A stretch of 64,000 bases of DNA from Leucoraja erinacea (lineage: Eukaryota), in contig NC_073399.1 of the NCBI RefSeq assembly GCF_028641065.1, positions 3,038,001-3,102,000 on the forward strand. The letters run 5' to 3'. A program made the translations under genes and the position numbers. The notes below the pieces were generated by a model, which was not told the DNA's origin, searched no databases, and worked only from the letters and a program-made list of their open reading frames with translations. Each line of letters opens with the position of its first letter. Position 1 is the stretch's first letter. Of this stretch, positions 36,273 to 49,505 are shown one piece after another.

Positions 36273-37430
36273 GAAACATCTATCTTAGTTCTGCTCCGCT
36301 ATAACTTGTGTGGCCCCAAAATACCAGGCAGTACATTGTTGAATGGTCAGCGTGGTCTCGGCAGGATGTTGCCTGTTTCCAAGCAGTGTCATCCATTCTG
36401 ATGCACTCCATTCCATCTCAATCCACTCCGTTCTGCTTTTACACCAAATGAATCCAATTGTCAGGCATTTCAAAAATGCTCCTGACTGGAAAATCTGACA
36501 CAAACACAGCCAGAAGGATGAAGAGTGTTGCAAATTCTGAACAAGGAATGAGTTCACAAGCTTCTCAATTTTCACTATTTTCAGACAGCTGAAAAACAGC
36601 ACTGGAAACGACGTTCCTGGGAGAGTTTTTTATAACTTTCTCTTCTCAACCCCAATTTTAAGGAGAGCAATAAAGGGAAACTTAGCAAAGTCAAGTCACT
36701 CCATCTTTTTGTGACTGACTATCTTTTTTTTAAAGTTACAACAAAACAGGTGTGTATATTTCAGCTTTCCATTATTAGTTTCGGAAGAGATGGGTTTTTG
36801 TTTCACAAACCCATTTACTTTAGAAAACAATTGAATGTGTGGAACTGGAAGTAAATTGGAAAAATAAAGTAGAATTGACTCCAGTGTTTCTAGCTGAAAT
36901 TCATAAAGTAGTCAAATTGAGACCAGCACTGGTTCAAACCAACTTGATTGTGATAATATTATGCCTGGTCTTTGTTGGCATGATCATACAACATAGGTTT
37001 AACTGTATTAGTGCTACGTGTCAGCGTGTATGTCGAACAAACGGGATCTAAACTCTGTCACGAACTGAAGCAGAACTTGTTCCCCCCGATCGTACTCTTC
37101 ATCATTTTGTAGCAGTCTTGACCATGAATCCAGATTTTCACTGTATCTTGGTCCATTATTGCCAATCGGAAACCAGTGACCAGTTTGGAAGCTATGTGTT
37201 TTGGTGCGTTATTGACAAACAAAAAATTGCTAATCGCAGATGTTTTGAAAACTCAAGAAACAAGAGTTTCTTGAGTTGTACTGCCATTGTCATGTGTCCA
37301 TGTGTCCCAGAACAGAACATTGAAATTCTTACTTGTAGCAGCACAACAGATATGTAATAATACAACAAAACAAAGATTATACACGGATATATAAAATATA
37401 GTGTATATATAATTACAGAGAAGTTACAGA

Positions 37431-37862
37431 GATAGGTTGAATAAGTTAGGTCTTTATTCTCTGGAGCGCAGAAGGTTAAGGGGGGACCTGATAGAGGTCT
37501 TTAAAATGATGAGAGGGATAGACAGAGTTGATGTGGACAAGCTTTTCCTTTTGAGAATAGGGAAGATTCAAACAAGAGGACATGACTTCAGAATTAAGGG
37601 ACAGAAGTTTAGGGGTAATATGAGGGGGAACTTCTTTACTCAGAGAGTGGTAGCGGTGTGGAATGAGCTTCCAGTGGAAGTGGTGGAGGCAGGTTCATTG
37701 GTATCATTTAAAAATAAATTGGATAGGCATATGGATGAGAAGGGAATGGAGGGTTATGGTATGAGTGCAGGCAGGTGGGACTAAGGGGAAAAAAAGTTGT
37801 TCGGCACGGACTTGTAGGGCTGAGATGGCCTGTTTCCGTGCTGTAATTGTTATATGGTTATA
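37431..37862 (+). mobile_element. CR1 3' fragment (second subfamily)
   Basis: NKLGLYSLERRRLRGDLIEVFKMMRG...WNELPVEVVEAGS...GYGMSAGRWD. Confidence 0.96.
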
Positions 37863-37902
37863 ATATCGGGTATATATAATGTAGTATATATATTTTAAAA
37901 TA

Positions 37903-38039
37903 GTGTCGGAAGGAACTGCATATACTGGTTTATACTGAAGATACTGTAGACACAAAAAGCTGGAGTAACTCAGCGGGACAGACAGCATCTCTGGAGAGAA
38001 GGAATGGGTTAGGATTCGGGTCGAGACCCTTCTTCAGAC
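37903..38039 (-). mobile_element. PLE terminal-repeat fragment ending at the hammerhead motif
   Basis: Ends ttcgggtcgagacccttcttcagac. Confidence 0.8.
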
Positions 38040-38049
38040 AATAATAGTG

Positions 38050-38390
38050 CAAAGATGGGCTTTCGTTATGTGCTGGCTATCAATGTGCTGGGTCTGTGAC
38101 AGATCTTCAGAGATATACGTGCCCAGGAATTGGTAGGTGTTTTACTCTTTCCACCACCGTCTTGTCGACGACGACAAGTTTGCGATTCTTCCTCTTCAAC
38201 AATCAGTTCTTTGGTTTTATTGACGTTGAGAGCAAGGTTGTTGCTCCGGCTCCATTCAGTCGGTGAATCTCCTTACTATCCTCTGACTCAGTATCATCCG
38301 CAGTTCATCCAACAACGGTGGTGTCAGCTCCAAATTTGAAGATGGGGTTGGAAATGTGTCCGACTACATAGTCATGGGCATAGGGTAATT
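38050..38390 (-). pseudogene. Rex1/Babar-like RT remnant
   Basis: Minus strand reads IFKFGADTTVVG and NNLALNVNKTKELIVE. Confidence 0.7.
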
Positions 38391-38705
38391 AAAGGGGATA
38401 ACTGCCCTGGACTAAATCCGCAGAGGGGATAACTCTCCTGGACAAGATTATAGCCGGATCTGGAAGAAAATCAACGGATACTGAAGATCAGGCTGCCTTG
38501 AGAGTGGGTCTCCTATCTACCATTGTAAATGGGTGGGACCAAGACACACTGGAGCAATTCAGATTAGTTTGTGATCATATACAGGAGGGTGCAATGTAAT
38601 GCCTTGTTTACATGAAGCTTATAGATTAAACAGTACATCTACAGCAATGATTAAATACAGCAATAAATACAAGGATAAGTGCACAGAAGCAAAGTGATGC
38701 AGGAT

Positions 38706-39250
38706 TAGAAACATAGGCAACATAGAAATTCAGGTGCAGGTGTAGAGTGCCATTACGCCCTGGAAAGCATCTGCACCGCCATTCAATATGGTTTCATTGC
38801 TCTGCCAAGGACAAGAAGGCTCTGCACTCAGTAGTCCCGTACCTGAACCACTCTCTCCATACCCCCCTGAGGAACTTATACAACAAGGGCCACATCCAAC
38901 TCCCTCTTAAATATAGCCAATGAACTGGCCTCAACTACCCTCTGTGGCAGAGAGTTCCAGAGATTCACCACTCTCTGTGAGAAAAAAGTTCTTCTCATCT
39001 CGGTTTTAAAGGATTTCCCCCTTATCCTTAAGCTGTGACCCCTTGTCCTGGACTTCCCTAACATCGGGAACAATCTTCCTGCATCTATGCCTGTCCAACC
39101 CCTTAAGTTGTTTTTTGTTGTAAGTCTTTTATAAGATCCCGAGCCTCTCAATTTCATTTCTGCACATTCGTAGAGAGTATAAAATAAGTCTGACCAGTCT
39201 TGACTTCATAATTAAAGTCCTGATAAATCCCAGGTAAATCAGTCTGGTGC
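38706..39250 (-). mobile_element. Young CR1 3' fragment with garbled ends
   Basis: Core 38885-39105 is near-identical to other young copies; both ends are indel-rich. Confidence 0.88.
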
Positions 39251-39609
39251 AAGGAGTGATTCAAAGTCAAACACACAAAGTACTATAACAAGATAACGAA
39301 TGAGGTACGTTTTTAGAGTAACACTATGGGACGTGGGTGTGAAAGAGGTGGCTGGTTCAGGAGTCTAATAGCAGTGGGGAAGAGGCTATTCTTCAGTCTG
39401 AATGTCCAAACTCTCAAGCTCATATCTTTGCTCAGAAGATAGACTGACAGGACTGAGAGGCCTGAGATAGGCTGCCTCATCACTACCTTCCATCCAGTCC
39501 ATCTTTAATGGATTACATAAAACAAATCAGAATCAAGGTACAGAGTAACTTGCAGCTCTTTGAGTCTGTGACATACCTTGGAGGACAGTGATCTTGGGCA
39601 GCTCTGAAC

Positions 39610-41420
39610 GCATGGGATCCAAGGAGAGATTGCTGAATGGATAGAACATTAGCTTCATGGAAGGAAGCAGAGGGTGATGGTGGAAGGTTGCTTCTCGGAT
39701 TGGAGACCTGTGACTAGTGGTGTGCCTCAGGGTTCGGTGCTGGGTCCATTACTGTTTGTCAGCTATATCATTGATTTCGATGAGACTGTAAATGGCAAGA
39801 TTAGCAAGTTTGCAGATGATACAAAAGCGGGTGGTATTGTAGATAGGAAAATTGGGTGTCAAAAATTGCAGCAGGATCTTGATCGGTTGGCCAGGTGGGC
39901 TGAGGAATGGTTGATGAAGATTAATACAGAGAAATGTGAAGTGTTGCATTTTGGAAAGTCTATCATGGGCATGACCTACACGTGAATGATAGGGCTCTAG
40001 GAAGTGTCGTACAGCAGAGGGACCTAGGAGTGCAGGTACATAGTTCCTTGAAGGTGGTGTCACAGGTAGATGGGGTGGTCAAAAATGGTTTAAAAGAATT
40101 GGCCTTCATCAGTCAGAATATTGAGTATAGAGTTTTTAAGAAGGAACTGCAGATGCTGGAAAATCGAAGGTACACAAAAAAGCTGAAGAAACTCAGCGGG
40201 TGCAGCAGCATCTATGGAGCATCTATGGAGTGAAGGAAATAGGCAACGTTTCGGGATGAAACCCTTTGAAGAGACGAAAAGAAAAGAAAAGCAAATTAAA
40301 TAGGCATTATAAAAAGTGAAACCCAAAGGGTTAAAAGTGCGAAATGTTGCCTATTTAAGATTTAGCTGAAAGCTGCTGCACCCACTGAGTTTCTTCAGTC
40401 TTGTTTTAAAAGTGGTATAAAGTTGGGAGGCAAGTCTTAAATATTCATGAAGTTTGGTCCAGCTGCATGTTGAATATTGTGTTCAAATCCTGGACAAGAT
40501 GTTGTTCCATGTTTTGTATTTACTCTGGGAATCACTAACAGATGTGACCAGGTTTCATGGCCTGAGCTATAGGGGGGAGGTTGAGCAGGCTGGGCTCTAT
40601 ATGGAGTGCTGGAGGAAGGGATGTCAGGTGGAGATACTTTGGTCTCCTAATCCATGTAGTGACATTATTGCCATAGAGGGAGTGCAGAGACGGTGCACCA
40701 GACCGATTCCTGGGATGTCAGGACTGTCTTATGAAGAAAGACTGGATAGACTTGGTTTATACACTCTAGAATTTAGAAGATTGAGAGGGGATCTTATAGA
40801 AACTTACAAAATTCTTAGGGGTTGGACAGGCTAGATGCAGGAGATTGTTCCCGATGTTTTTGAAGTCCAGGACTAAGGGGTACAGCTTAAGTAAAGGGGA
40901 GGTCACCGAGATGGAGAACTTTTTTCACACAGATATGTTGGTGATCTCTGCATTTTAGAATATTGTGTTCAGTTCTGGACACCATGTTATAGGAAAGATG
41001 TTGTCAAGTTGTAAAGGGTGCGGAGAAGATCTACAATCATGTGACCAGGATTCGATGGCCTGAGCTATAGGGGGGAGGCTGAGCAGGCTGGGACTCTATT
41101 CCCTGGAGTGCTGGAGGATGAGGGATGATCTTGGAGAGGTGTACAAAATCACGAGAGGAATAAAACGGTGGATGCACAGAGTCTCTCGTCCAGAGCACAT
41201 AGGTTTAAAGTGAAGGTAGCTTTTTCACACAGAGGTTGTGGGTGTATGGAACAAGATGCCAGAGGAGGTAGTTGAGGCAGGGGCTATTGCATTAGCAATA
41301 AGCTAATTAGACAGGTACATGGATCGGATAGGTTTAGCGATATATGGGCAGGTGGGAATGGTGTAGATGGGACATGTTGGTCGGTGTGGGCAAGTTGGGC
41401 AGAAGGACTACTCTATGACT
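39610..41420 (+). mobile_element. CR1 LINE RT-to-tail fragment, interrupted and partly duplicated
   Basis: VTSGVPQGSVLGPLLF...ISKFADDTK...KLQQDLDRL..WAEEW (39674-39985); PLE hairpin at ~40132-40400; young CR1 piece at ~40640-40930. Confidence 0.9.
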
Positions 41421-41463
41421 CTGCATTCTGAAACCAGCAGGCTATGGATGGACAGTATCTGAA

Positions 41464-41593
41464 GTCTGAAGAAGGGTCTCAGCCGGAAACATCACCTGTT
41501 CCTTTTTTCCAGAGATGATGTCTGACCCGCTGAGTTACTGCAGCTTTTTGTGTCGATCTTCGGTTGAATCTTATCTGCAGTTCCTTCCTACAC
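41464..41593 (+). mobile_element. PLE terminal-repeat fragment starting at the hammerhead motif
   Basis: gtctgaagaagggtctcagccggaaacatcacc...tctgcagttccttcctacaca. Confidence 0.8.
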
Positions 41594-42505
41594 ATTAGTA
41601 TCTGGAAGAACCAGTTTTCCACTACTGCAATTGTACAATGCACTCACACATGTCAGATTCAGATTCAGATTCAGATTCAGATTCAATTTTAATTGTCATT
41701 GTCAAAGTTCTGGGCTTTGGTGAGGATTGTAAATTGTCCCTGGTGTGTAGTGTGTAATAGTGTGCGGGGGGGGTCACTAGTCGGTGTGGACTCAGTGGGC
41801 CAAATAGCCTCTATCTCTAAACTAAACTAAACATATGGAGAGATAATCTAATCAGAAATTGCTTGATTCTCTCTAATAAGGTATGGAATATTGTGTCACG
41901 GAGGTAGTCCTGGCAACCCATAACATTCTATTGTAAATTGGAATATTAAATGCTGAAACAGCCAGGTGTTGCCCTGTGATAAGCTCTGATGAAAATTGGC
42001 ATTGGGCAGAGTCCTGTCATTCATGAGCCATGTCTAAGAAGTTCTTGTTATTGCCCTTAGCACTGACTTCAGCAGGTTGGACCTTTGGAAAGACACACAC
42101 ACAAGAGCATATCATGTGGGATGACTTTTTTGGGTCTCCTTCAAGTCTTGCCTTTGCCTTGATGTATCAGAGGACTCAGAAAAGGCGCAACACAAAATAT
42201 TGGATTACAATCTTTTCTCTCTTCTGTCAATTGTTCTGCCCATATGTACCGCTTGTAACATCTTGGAAATAGACTTCTGCTTTGAACTGCAAAGATTTCC
42301 TTACGACCAGGATATGTATACAGTGGTCACGTTGGTTTTGCATTATAAAGCCAAATTAAACGTCACTTCACTCACACCAGCAAATTTCTTCTCGTTGATG
42401 GGTGATTTCTGTAGGCCCTATGAACCTGTACCCAAATTTCACTCCTAGATTTATACGTCCATATTTCAGATTTGACCTGTTAAAAGAGAACACAGCTTCT
42501 ATATC

Positions 42506-42666
42506 ACTCCATCACAGCGAGGAGGTGCCTGGTGAACTCACTGTGGTGGATTTATTGTGTGTTTTGTTATTTATTATTATATGTATGACTGCAGCAACGA
42601 AATTTCGTTCAGACCGAAATATCTGAATGACAAATAAAGGAATCTAATCTAATCTAATCTAATCTA
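42506..42666 (+). mobile_element. Twin-hairpin tail family, 3' end only
   Basis: tccatcacagcgag...ctcactgtggtgga; tcgttcaga...tctgaatga; caaataaa followed by (AATCT)n. Confidence 0.65.
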
Positions 42667-43399
42667 TATATTATCAGACTATCAGAATTTATTTAGAGAA
42701 CAAACTAATGTGGCCCTTGCACGAGATACTTGTCAATTGGTTCTGTGTTTTAAAGCTTGTGATGTTTTATGTATGCAAGGCATGGTTTGTGGTACCTTTC
42801 AATAATCACTAGTGCTTGCATTTAGTGTGAGGATGAGACAACTCAGGCAATTACAGTGCTGGTTTTATCAAGACCAGATGGTGGGTTCGGGAATCCTGCT
42901 CTCTGTAATCCAATTGACTGACTTGGTATAAGCTCACTGAATGGGTGAAAAGTACATGTCACAATAAATAAAACTCAAACATTATCTAGGGCTTCATCCT
43001 GAGAGACGGTAACAGATAACAAGAGGATTGGATGTGTGAACCAGCCCGGATTAAGAAGCTCATCAAGCCCGCTGCGCAGAGCTTACATTACTGAAAGATT
43101 GTTCAAACACCGCAGTTTTTCAGCAAACACTGAAGTGTAATAATTCACCCCGTTTCCACGAGGCCGAGGTTGGGGTGGTGCCAAGATGCTTCACATTCCA
43201 AGTGGGAAGAAACAGATCGCAAAAGTTCTTTAGTAAAAATAAGTTGCTGGTGAATCTCAGATGATTTGTTGAAAAATGTAAATGCTCTGGTTGTCCACTT
43301 TATAACATGTTGGCTGCTGAATACCTGGTACAGAGAGATCATGCACCCTTAGTACAGAGCTGGGAGATAGCTTTACATAGAATGATGTTACCTATTTTA

Positions 43400-43716
43400 T
43401 TTACTTTAGTTTAGTTTAGAGACACAGCACAGAAACAGGCCCTTCGGCCCACCAAGTTCATGCCAACCAGCGATCATCCCACACACTAACACTATCCTAC
43501 ACACTAGGGCCAATTTACACAAGCCAATTAACCTGCAAACATGTATGTCTTCGGGTGCTCCAGTGTAGGAGGAAACTGGAGCACCCGGAGAAAATCCATG
43601 CGGTCACGGGGAGACCGTACAAACTCCGTACAGGCAGCGCCCGTAGTCGGGATCGAACGCGGGTCTCTGGCGCCGCAAGCACTGTAAGGCAGCAACTCCA
43701 CTGCTCCACCACCGCC
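43400..43716 (-). mobile_element. HE1-like V-SINE, full length
   Basis: Reverse-complement head, V core and (ctaaa)n tail. Confidence 0.92.
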
Positions 43717-44269
43717 ATCATCACAGTATTTATCTAACTGCTCCATTTTAGTTTCAGGCCAATTGTGACCCTGCAAATATTGATCGTGGGGGATTTATAG
43801 ATAGTCACGCCGCTGAACATCAGGAGTTTAGAGCTGAAAAGCATTCAGGATAAAGCAACCCACTTGATGGGGACTCCCCAAACATTCAACCCTTTCCCCA
43901 CACATTGTTACTGTGCTCATCCCTACAAAATGCTTTGAGTTTTTCACCAAGGCTGTCCCACCTGCTCCGTGCAAATCTGTAGCCTCGACCTCGAAAAAGG
44001 GTGAAGGCAGGAAGTGCAAGGGAACACCATCACCTACAGGTTCCTCATCCAAGTTTCACCCAATCTTCACTTGGAAAAATACTTCACATAGAAATCAGTT
44101 CAGTTTAGTTTATTGTCATGTGTACAGTGAAAAGCTGTTGCCACGTGCTATCCAGTCTGCAGAAAGACAACACATGATTACAATTAAGCTATTTACAGTG
44201 TATACACACATGATAAGGGAATAACATTTTATGCAAGGTAAAGCCAGTAAAGTCCAGTCAAGAAAAGTC

Positions 44270-44965
44270 AGAGTCATACAGCATGCATATAGTCCCTTCC
44301 GCCCATCACATCCATGCCGACCAAGATCTAATTTAAGTTTGTCCCATTTACCTGCATTTGGCCCATATGCCTCTAAACCTGTCCTGTCGATGTACTTGTT
44401 CAAATATCTTTTAAATCTTATTGTACCTGCCTCAACTACCTTCTATGCCAGCCTGTTCCATATGCTTGCCACCCTCAGTGTAAAGAAGTTGTCCCTCAGA
44501 TCTCTTTAATCTTTCTCCTCTCACCTTAAGCCTATGCCCTCTAGTTGTTGTCTCCCTTTCCCTGGGAAAAAGATGAAGTGCATTCACTTTGGCTGTGCCT
44601 CTCGTGATCTTATATTCCAAGGTCATTCCTCAGTTTCCGCCACTCCAAGGAATAAAAGCCTAGCCCGCCTCATCTCTTACTATAACTCAGGTCCTCGAAT
44701 TCTGGCAATATTAAATCTTCATCTCACGCATTCCAGCCCAATGACATCTTTCCCAGAGCAGGTAACCAAAAGCGTACATAATACTCTTGAGTGCAACCTC
44801 AACAATTTCTTGTACAACGGCAACATAACGTCTCATGTCCTTGACTGTTGAAGTCCAACATGCAAATGCCTTCTTTACCGCCCTGTCTAACTGTGGCGCT
44901 ACATTCGGTAAACGATGAGCGTGTACTCCAACATCCCTTTGGTCTACAACACTCCCCAGGGTCTT
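44270..44965 (-). mobile_element. Old CR1 3' fragment
   Basis: LGSVVDQRDVGV..., TRGHRLKVRGERLK and GYGPNAGKWD-like motifs on the minus strand. Confidence 0.85.
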
Positions 44966-44974
44966 GCTGCTCAC

Positions 44975-45401
44975 TATTCTTTCGTCATTACTGGATCTAG
45001 ATCGGGGACTAGATCGGGGACTAGACCCGGGACTTCTTGTCTAACTGCATTATGGGGTTATCCTGAAAAACCCCGGGCATCCCCTCCATGTAATTCTGGA
45101 GAGTCAAATGAACTCGGGACAACAACCGGTTCCTCTCCCTGCCCTGTAGAACGGAGCGGTTCAGGAGATCCTTCACCCCTGCAGCCATTAGATTTTATAA
45201 TTCGGACCGCTAGTCTGTAGGGGGATGCATTCTTGCAATTTTTAATTTTTAATTGTTAATTATTGGTCTTTTTAAGTATTTATTGCTCTCAGGTGGTGTC
45301 CACAGTGTATTCTATGTATTTCCTGTCTGCGTATGTTTTGAATCTGTGGGTTTGTTGGTTGGGGGCTTCTGGACATCTGAATTTCCCTGAGGGGATCAAT
45401 A

Positions 45402-45454
<53 letters not shown>
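44975..45454 (+). mobile_element. Unclassified retroelement 3' end with a Rex1-type tail and (TTA)n
   Basis: aatttccctgaggggatcaataaag followed by a long (TTA)n; 12-bp tandem (ctagatcgggga) near 44997. Confidence 0.55.
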
Positions 45455-45455
<1 letters not shown>

Positions 45456-46416
45456 CTTCACCAGAAGGACTGTCGCAGTGTAAGAATGGTTCAATTATAC
45501 TTTATTTTCACATGTATCGACGTACAGTAGAACTCATTTTTGTATCGTGCAGTGCAGGTGTCACCATAAGCACCTTATCAACATTACAAATTCATAGTGG
45601 TAACACAATGAGAGAGTATACAGATTTGCCAGACCCACCAACTTCTCAAGGGCATTTAGGTATAAGAATTAAATGCCAGTGAAGCTCCCGCCTCATGGAG
45701 TAAATAAATACAAAATGTCGTTCATGTTAAATTAACTTGCATAAAATTAACTATTAATCAGTCACAGTTCCAGTGTATTCTTCCTTTTGACTCTCATTCC
45801 ATTGATAATGCATCAACCATTATCGACATCTATACCCAAATGTCTGCCGATCATCGTTCTCCGTGTTTGACGTTGCGACGAGCCAAGTGGGATACGTTAT
45901 TCTTCATGTTACTAACATTTCCATCAGAAACTAACTTGGAAGTGTTAATATTGATGCTGCAACACTGTGCATCACTTTATGTGTTCTGTGGTTATAAATT
46001 TGACTTGAGACGAATTGTCTGCAAATTTTCAAGCTGAAGGAAATTGTTGTAGAATAAAAATGTAGAGGCCAACATAGTCTATTTTACATCGACCGTAACT
46101 AAAACACTAATTGTCATAGAGCTGGAAGTTTTATAGTTAAAGACTCGGTTCCGTGACAGATTTTCCACCACTATTTGAACAAAGGCATTATCCCACGTAC
46201 ATGAAAGGGCAGACTTGTTAAATAGCAAACTATTGCTACCTGTGTTTCTCTGCTAATATTGGCAGCCCATGCCACATATTGTGGAATGTATGCAGCTTCT
46301 GTTTGGTGTGAAAGGTAGGCTTCCTTTGTGACATTGGAAACCAATTTATTTATTTGGTTATGTTATTTATTTGGTATTATATTATTGTGGGGTTGTAGTG
46401 TTCTGTGTAGTCTATG

Positions 46417-46800
46417 AACTTACAAAATTCTTAAGGGGTTGGACAGGCTAGATGCAGGAACATTGTTCCCGATGTTGGGGAAGTCCAGGACAAGGGATCG
46501 CAGCTTAAGGATAAGGGGGAAATCCTTTAAAACCGAGATGAGAAGAACTTTTTTCACACAGAGAGTGGTGAATCTCTGGAACTCTCTGCCACAGAGGGTA
46601 GTTGAGGCCAGTTCATTGGCTATATTTAAGAGGGTGTTAGATGTGGCCCTTGTGGCTAAGGGGATCAGGGGGTATGGAGAGAAGGCAGGTACAGGATACT
46701 GAGTTGGATGATCAGCCATGATCATATTGAATGGCAGTGCAGGCTCGAAGGGCCGAATGGCCTACTCCTGCACCTAATTTCTATGTTTCTATGTTTCTAT
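46417..46800 (+). mobile_element. Young CR1 3' end
   Basis: DRLDAGTLFPMLGKSRTRDRSLRIRG...; (TTTCTATG)n tail. Confidence 0.96.
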
Positions 46801-47147
46801 GAATCTAGATGAATAATCAGACCAAAAGTGTCCAGGATGTAGTGATTGTAGCTGGTTAGCTGACTGACAACATTCAATTAATTGATATATAATCTCTGAT
46901 TTTAACTTTTTGTTAGAGGTTACTGGCAGCTTAATTGTCCTAAACGTAAACATTCTCCACCTGAAAATTTACTTTAAGACATTTTAATCTCGTAGCAAAC
47001 TGAACCGTTAATTTTTGCCAAGGAGACTTCAACAGTATCTGGCAAACCCTACCACTTATACTTTTGTGCTTTTACCAAATATTTATTTTAATTCTCAGGG
47101 CTTCTCCTGGAGATGGTTTCATTCTGCTGGAGATGGTTGCGGAAATT

Positions 47148-47497
47148 GGGGGCAACACAGTGGCTCAGCGATAGAGTTGCATCTTTACAGCAGCTGAGAC
47201 CCAAATTCAATCCTTAACTACGGGTGCTTGTCTTTCCAGCGTTTGTACGTTCTTCTCGTGACCTGCGTGGGTTTTCTCCGGGTGCTCCTGACGAATAAAT
47301 TTGACTTTGACTTCCCCCCCCTCCACACACACCAAAGACGCACAGGTTTGTAGATTAATTGGCTTGGTATAATTTGTAAATATTCCCCTGTGTGTGTGTA
47401 GGATAGTGTAGAGTGTACGGGATCGCTGGTCGGTGTGGACTCCGTGGCCCAACGAGCCTCTTTCCGCGCTGTATCTCTAAAACGAAAACGTAAAACT
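47148..47497 (+). mobile_element. HE1-like V-SINE
   Basis: Head, V core with a small insertion, and tail. Confidence 0.88.
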
Positions 47498-48217
47498 TAA
47501 ATCAATCAGATGGTACCTATTTCTCCCTCCCCTGCACCCACATTCCTCCCACTGGCTTCAAAATTAGCATCTCTTCAATACTTTTCACCAACTGATTTTT
47601 GGCCTTTGTCCAACCACCCCCCTCACCTGTGTTCACCTATTACCTGTGTAGGAAGAAACTGCAGATGCTGGTTTAAACCAAAGATAGACGCAGAATCCTG
47701 GAGTAACTCAGCGGGACAGGCAACATCTGTGGAGAGAAGGAATGGGTGACATTTCGGGACAAAACCCTTTTGGGTTTCTCCAGAGATGCTCCCTGCGCCC
47801 CTGAGTTACTCCAGCTTTTTGTGTCTATCTTAAGCATAAGGATAATTTAGTGACTGGAAGGCTGTATGCAGTGCGCTTCTGCAGTTCCCAGAGCTATTTC
47901 CCTTGCTTTTTATGAAAGGTATCAAAGATTTACAATTAAATAAGGGGCTCACGATTAGGTAGTTTACAAATGACACCAAAACTAGCAGAAATGAGGAAGA
48001 CATCGGAGGTGCATGAAAATATCTAGATGCAAAACATGGCAAGTGGAATTTAAATCAAGACAATTGTGAGATTGCATTGATGTGGGCTATTAAATCATGG
48101 TAATTTGCAGTAAATGGTGGGATATTTTGCAGTGTAATGGAGCAGAAGGATTTTGGAGTACTCACCCAGATATTTTTGCGATCAGCAGAACATGCAGATA
48201 AGGCATAAGAAATACTT

Positions 48218-48380
48218 ATGTAGGAAGGAATTGCAGGTGCTGGTTTACACCACAGATAGACACAAAATGCTGGAGTAACTCAGCGGGGCAGGTAAGAGTC
48301 TCAACCCGAAAATGTCACCCATTCCTTCTCTCCAGAGATGCTGCCTGTCTCATTGAGTTACTCCAGGATTTTGTGTCTAT
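48218..48380. mobile_element. PLE fold-back element with 14-bp TSD, inside an old CR1
   Basis: cataagaaatactt at 48204-48217 and cataagagatactt at 48381-48394. Confidence 0.82.
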
Positions 48381-49039
48381 CATAAGAGATACTTGGTTTA
48401 TTTCTCACAGATTTTAAAACAAGAGCAATGTAACCATGCTGGAACGATGTATAGAGTTGACTAGTTATACCACAGCCAGTTCAGGTCACAGCAGTACAGT
48501 GAGGATATGAAACCATTAGAGAGGATTCAGCGACTTACAAGGATTTTGCCACGATTGCTCAATGCTAGTCAGAAGGGAAATGACTTGGGTGGGTTGTTGT
48601 TTACCAAATGAAATAGTCGGAGGGACATTTTAATTGAAGTTCCTATCAGAGACACCCCCACACTTTGTCACTATGTCCAGCTTAACAAGTTGTTTTTTAT
48701 CTCCTTTCAATTTCTGACAAACATCTTTGACCTGAAGAGTTAACTCTGGTCCTTGTCCTACAGGTACAACCGACTGCTGAGGATTTACAGCATTTTTTAA
48801 AATGTTAGATTTCAAGCATCTGGTATATTTTATTTTTTATTTTCCGAAGCTCAGGACTTTCTTCCAAAAGTTGTTGCACCACTCTGCTTCATTTACCCCG
48901 TTAATATGTACCTCTTCCACCAACATTTCTAACCAGTCTTCTCTGAGTCATTTGTTGTTATTGTTATACTAATGCTTCTTGCTGCAGTAAAAAGACAATT
49001 AATGATACTTGAGTTTCTGAATAATTCTGTGAGTGCCAT

Positions 49040-49505
49040 GGAGCGCCACCCAAGCCCAGACCATCACGCAAATCACCCTCCCTTCCATTGACTCCATCTA
49101 AACTTCACGCTGCCTCGGCAAGGCCAGGAACATAATCAAGGACGAACCTCACCCCGGACACTCCCTCCTCCCCTCTCTCATCAGCCAAGAGAAACAGATT
49201 ATGAATACACACACCTCCAGATTCGGGGGCAGTTTCTTCCCAGCTGTTATCAGGCAACTGAACCATCCTATCACCAACTAGAGAAGCGGCCCTGACCTGC
49301 CACCCAGCTCATTGGAGACCATCAGACTATCTTTATTTGGTCTTTGCTGGACTTTATCTTGCACTAAACGTTACTCCTTTTATCATGTATCCGAACACTG
49401 TGGACGGTTTGATTGTAATCATGTAGTCTTTCTGCTGACTGGAAAACATGCATAAAAAACCCTACTCATTGTACCTCAGTACAAATGACAATAAACTAAC
49501 AAAAC
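49040..49505 (+). mobile_element. Rex1/Babar-like LINE 3' fragment
   Basis: Homologous to 21790-22230; ends aatgacaataaactaac. Confidence 0.85.

Noticed and set aside
39674-39985. RT ORF as an active LINE
   Set aside because: A short fragment with stops and insertions downstream and no endonuclease or ORF1.
42030-42448. Overlapping 80-aa ORFs in non-repeat DNA
   Set aside because: No recognisable homology or splice signals; the lengths are within chance expectation.
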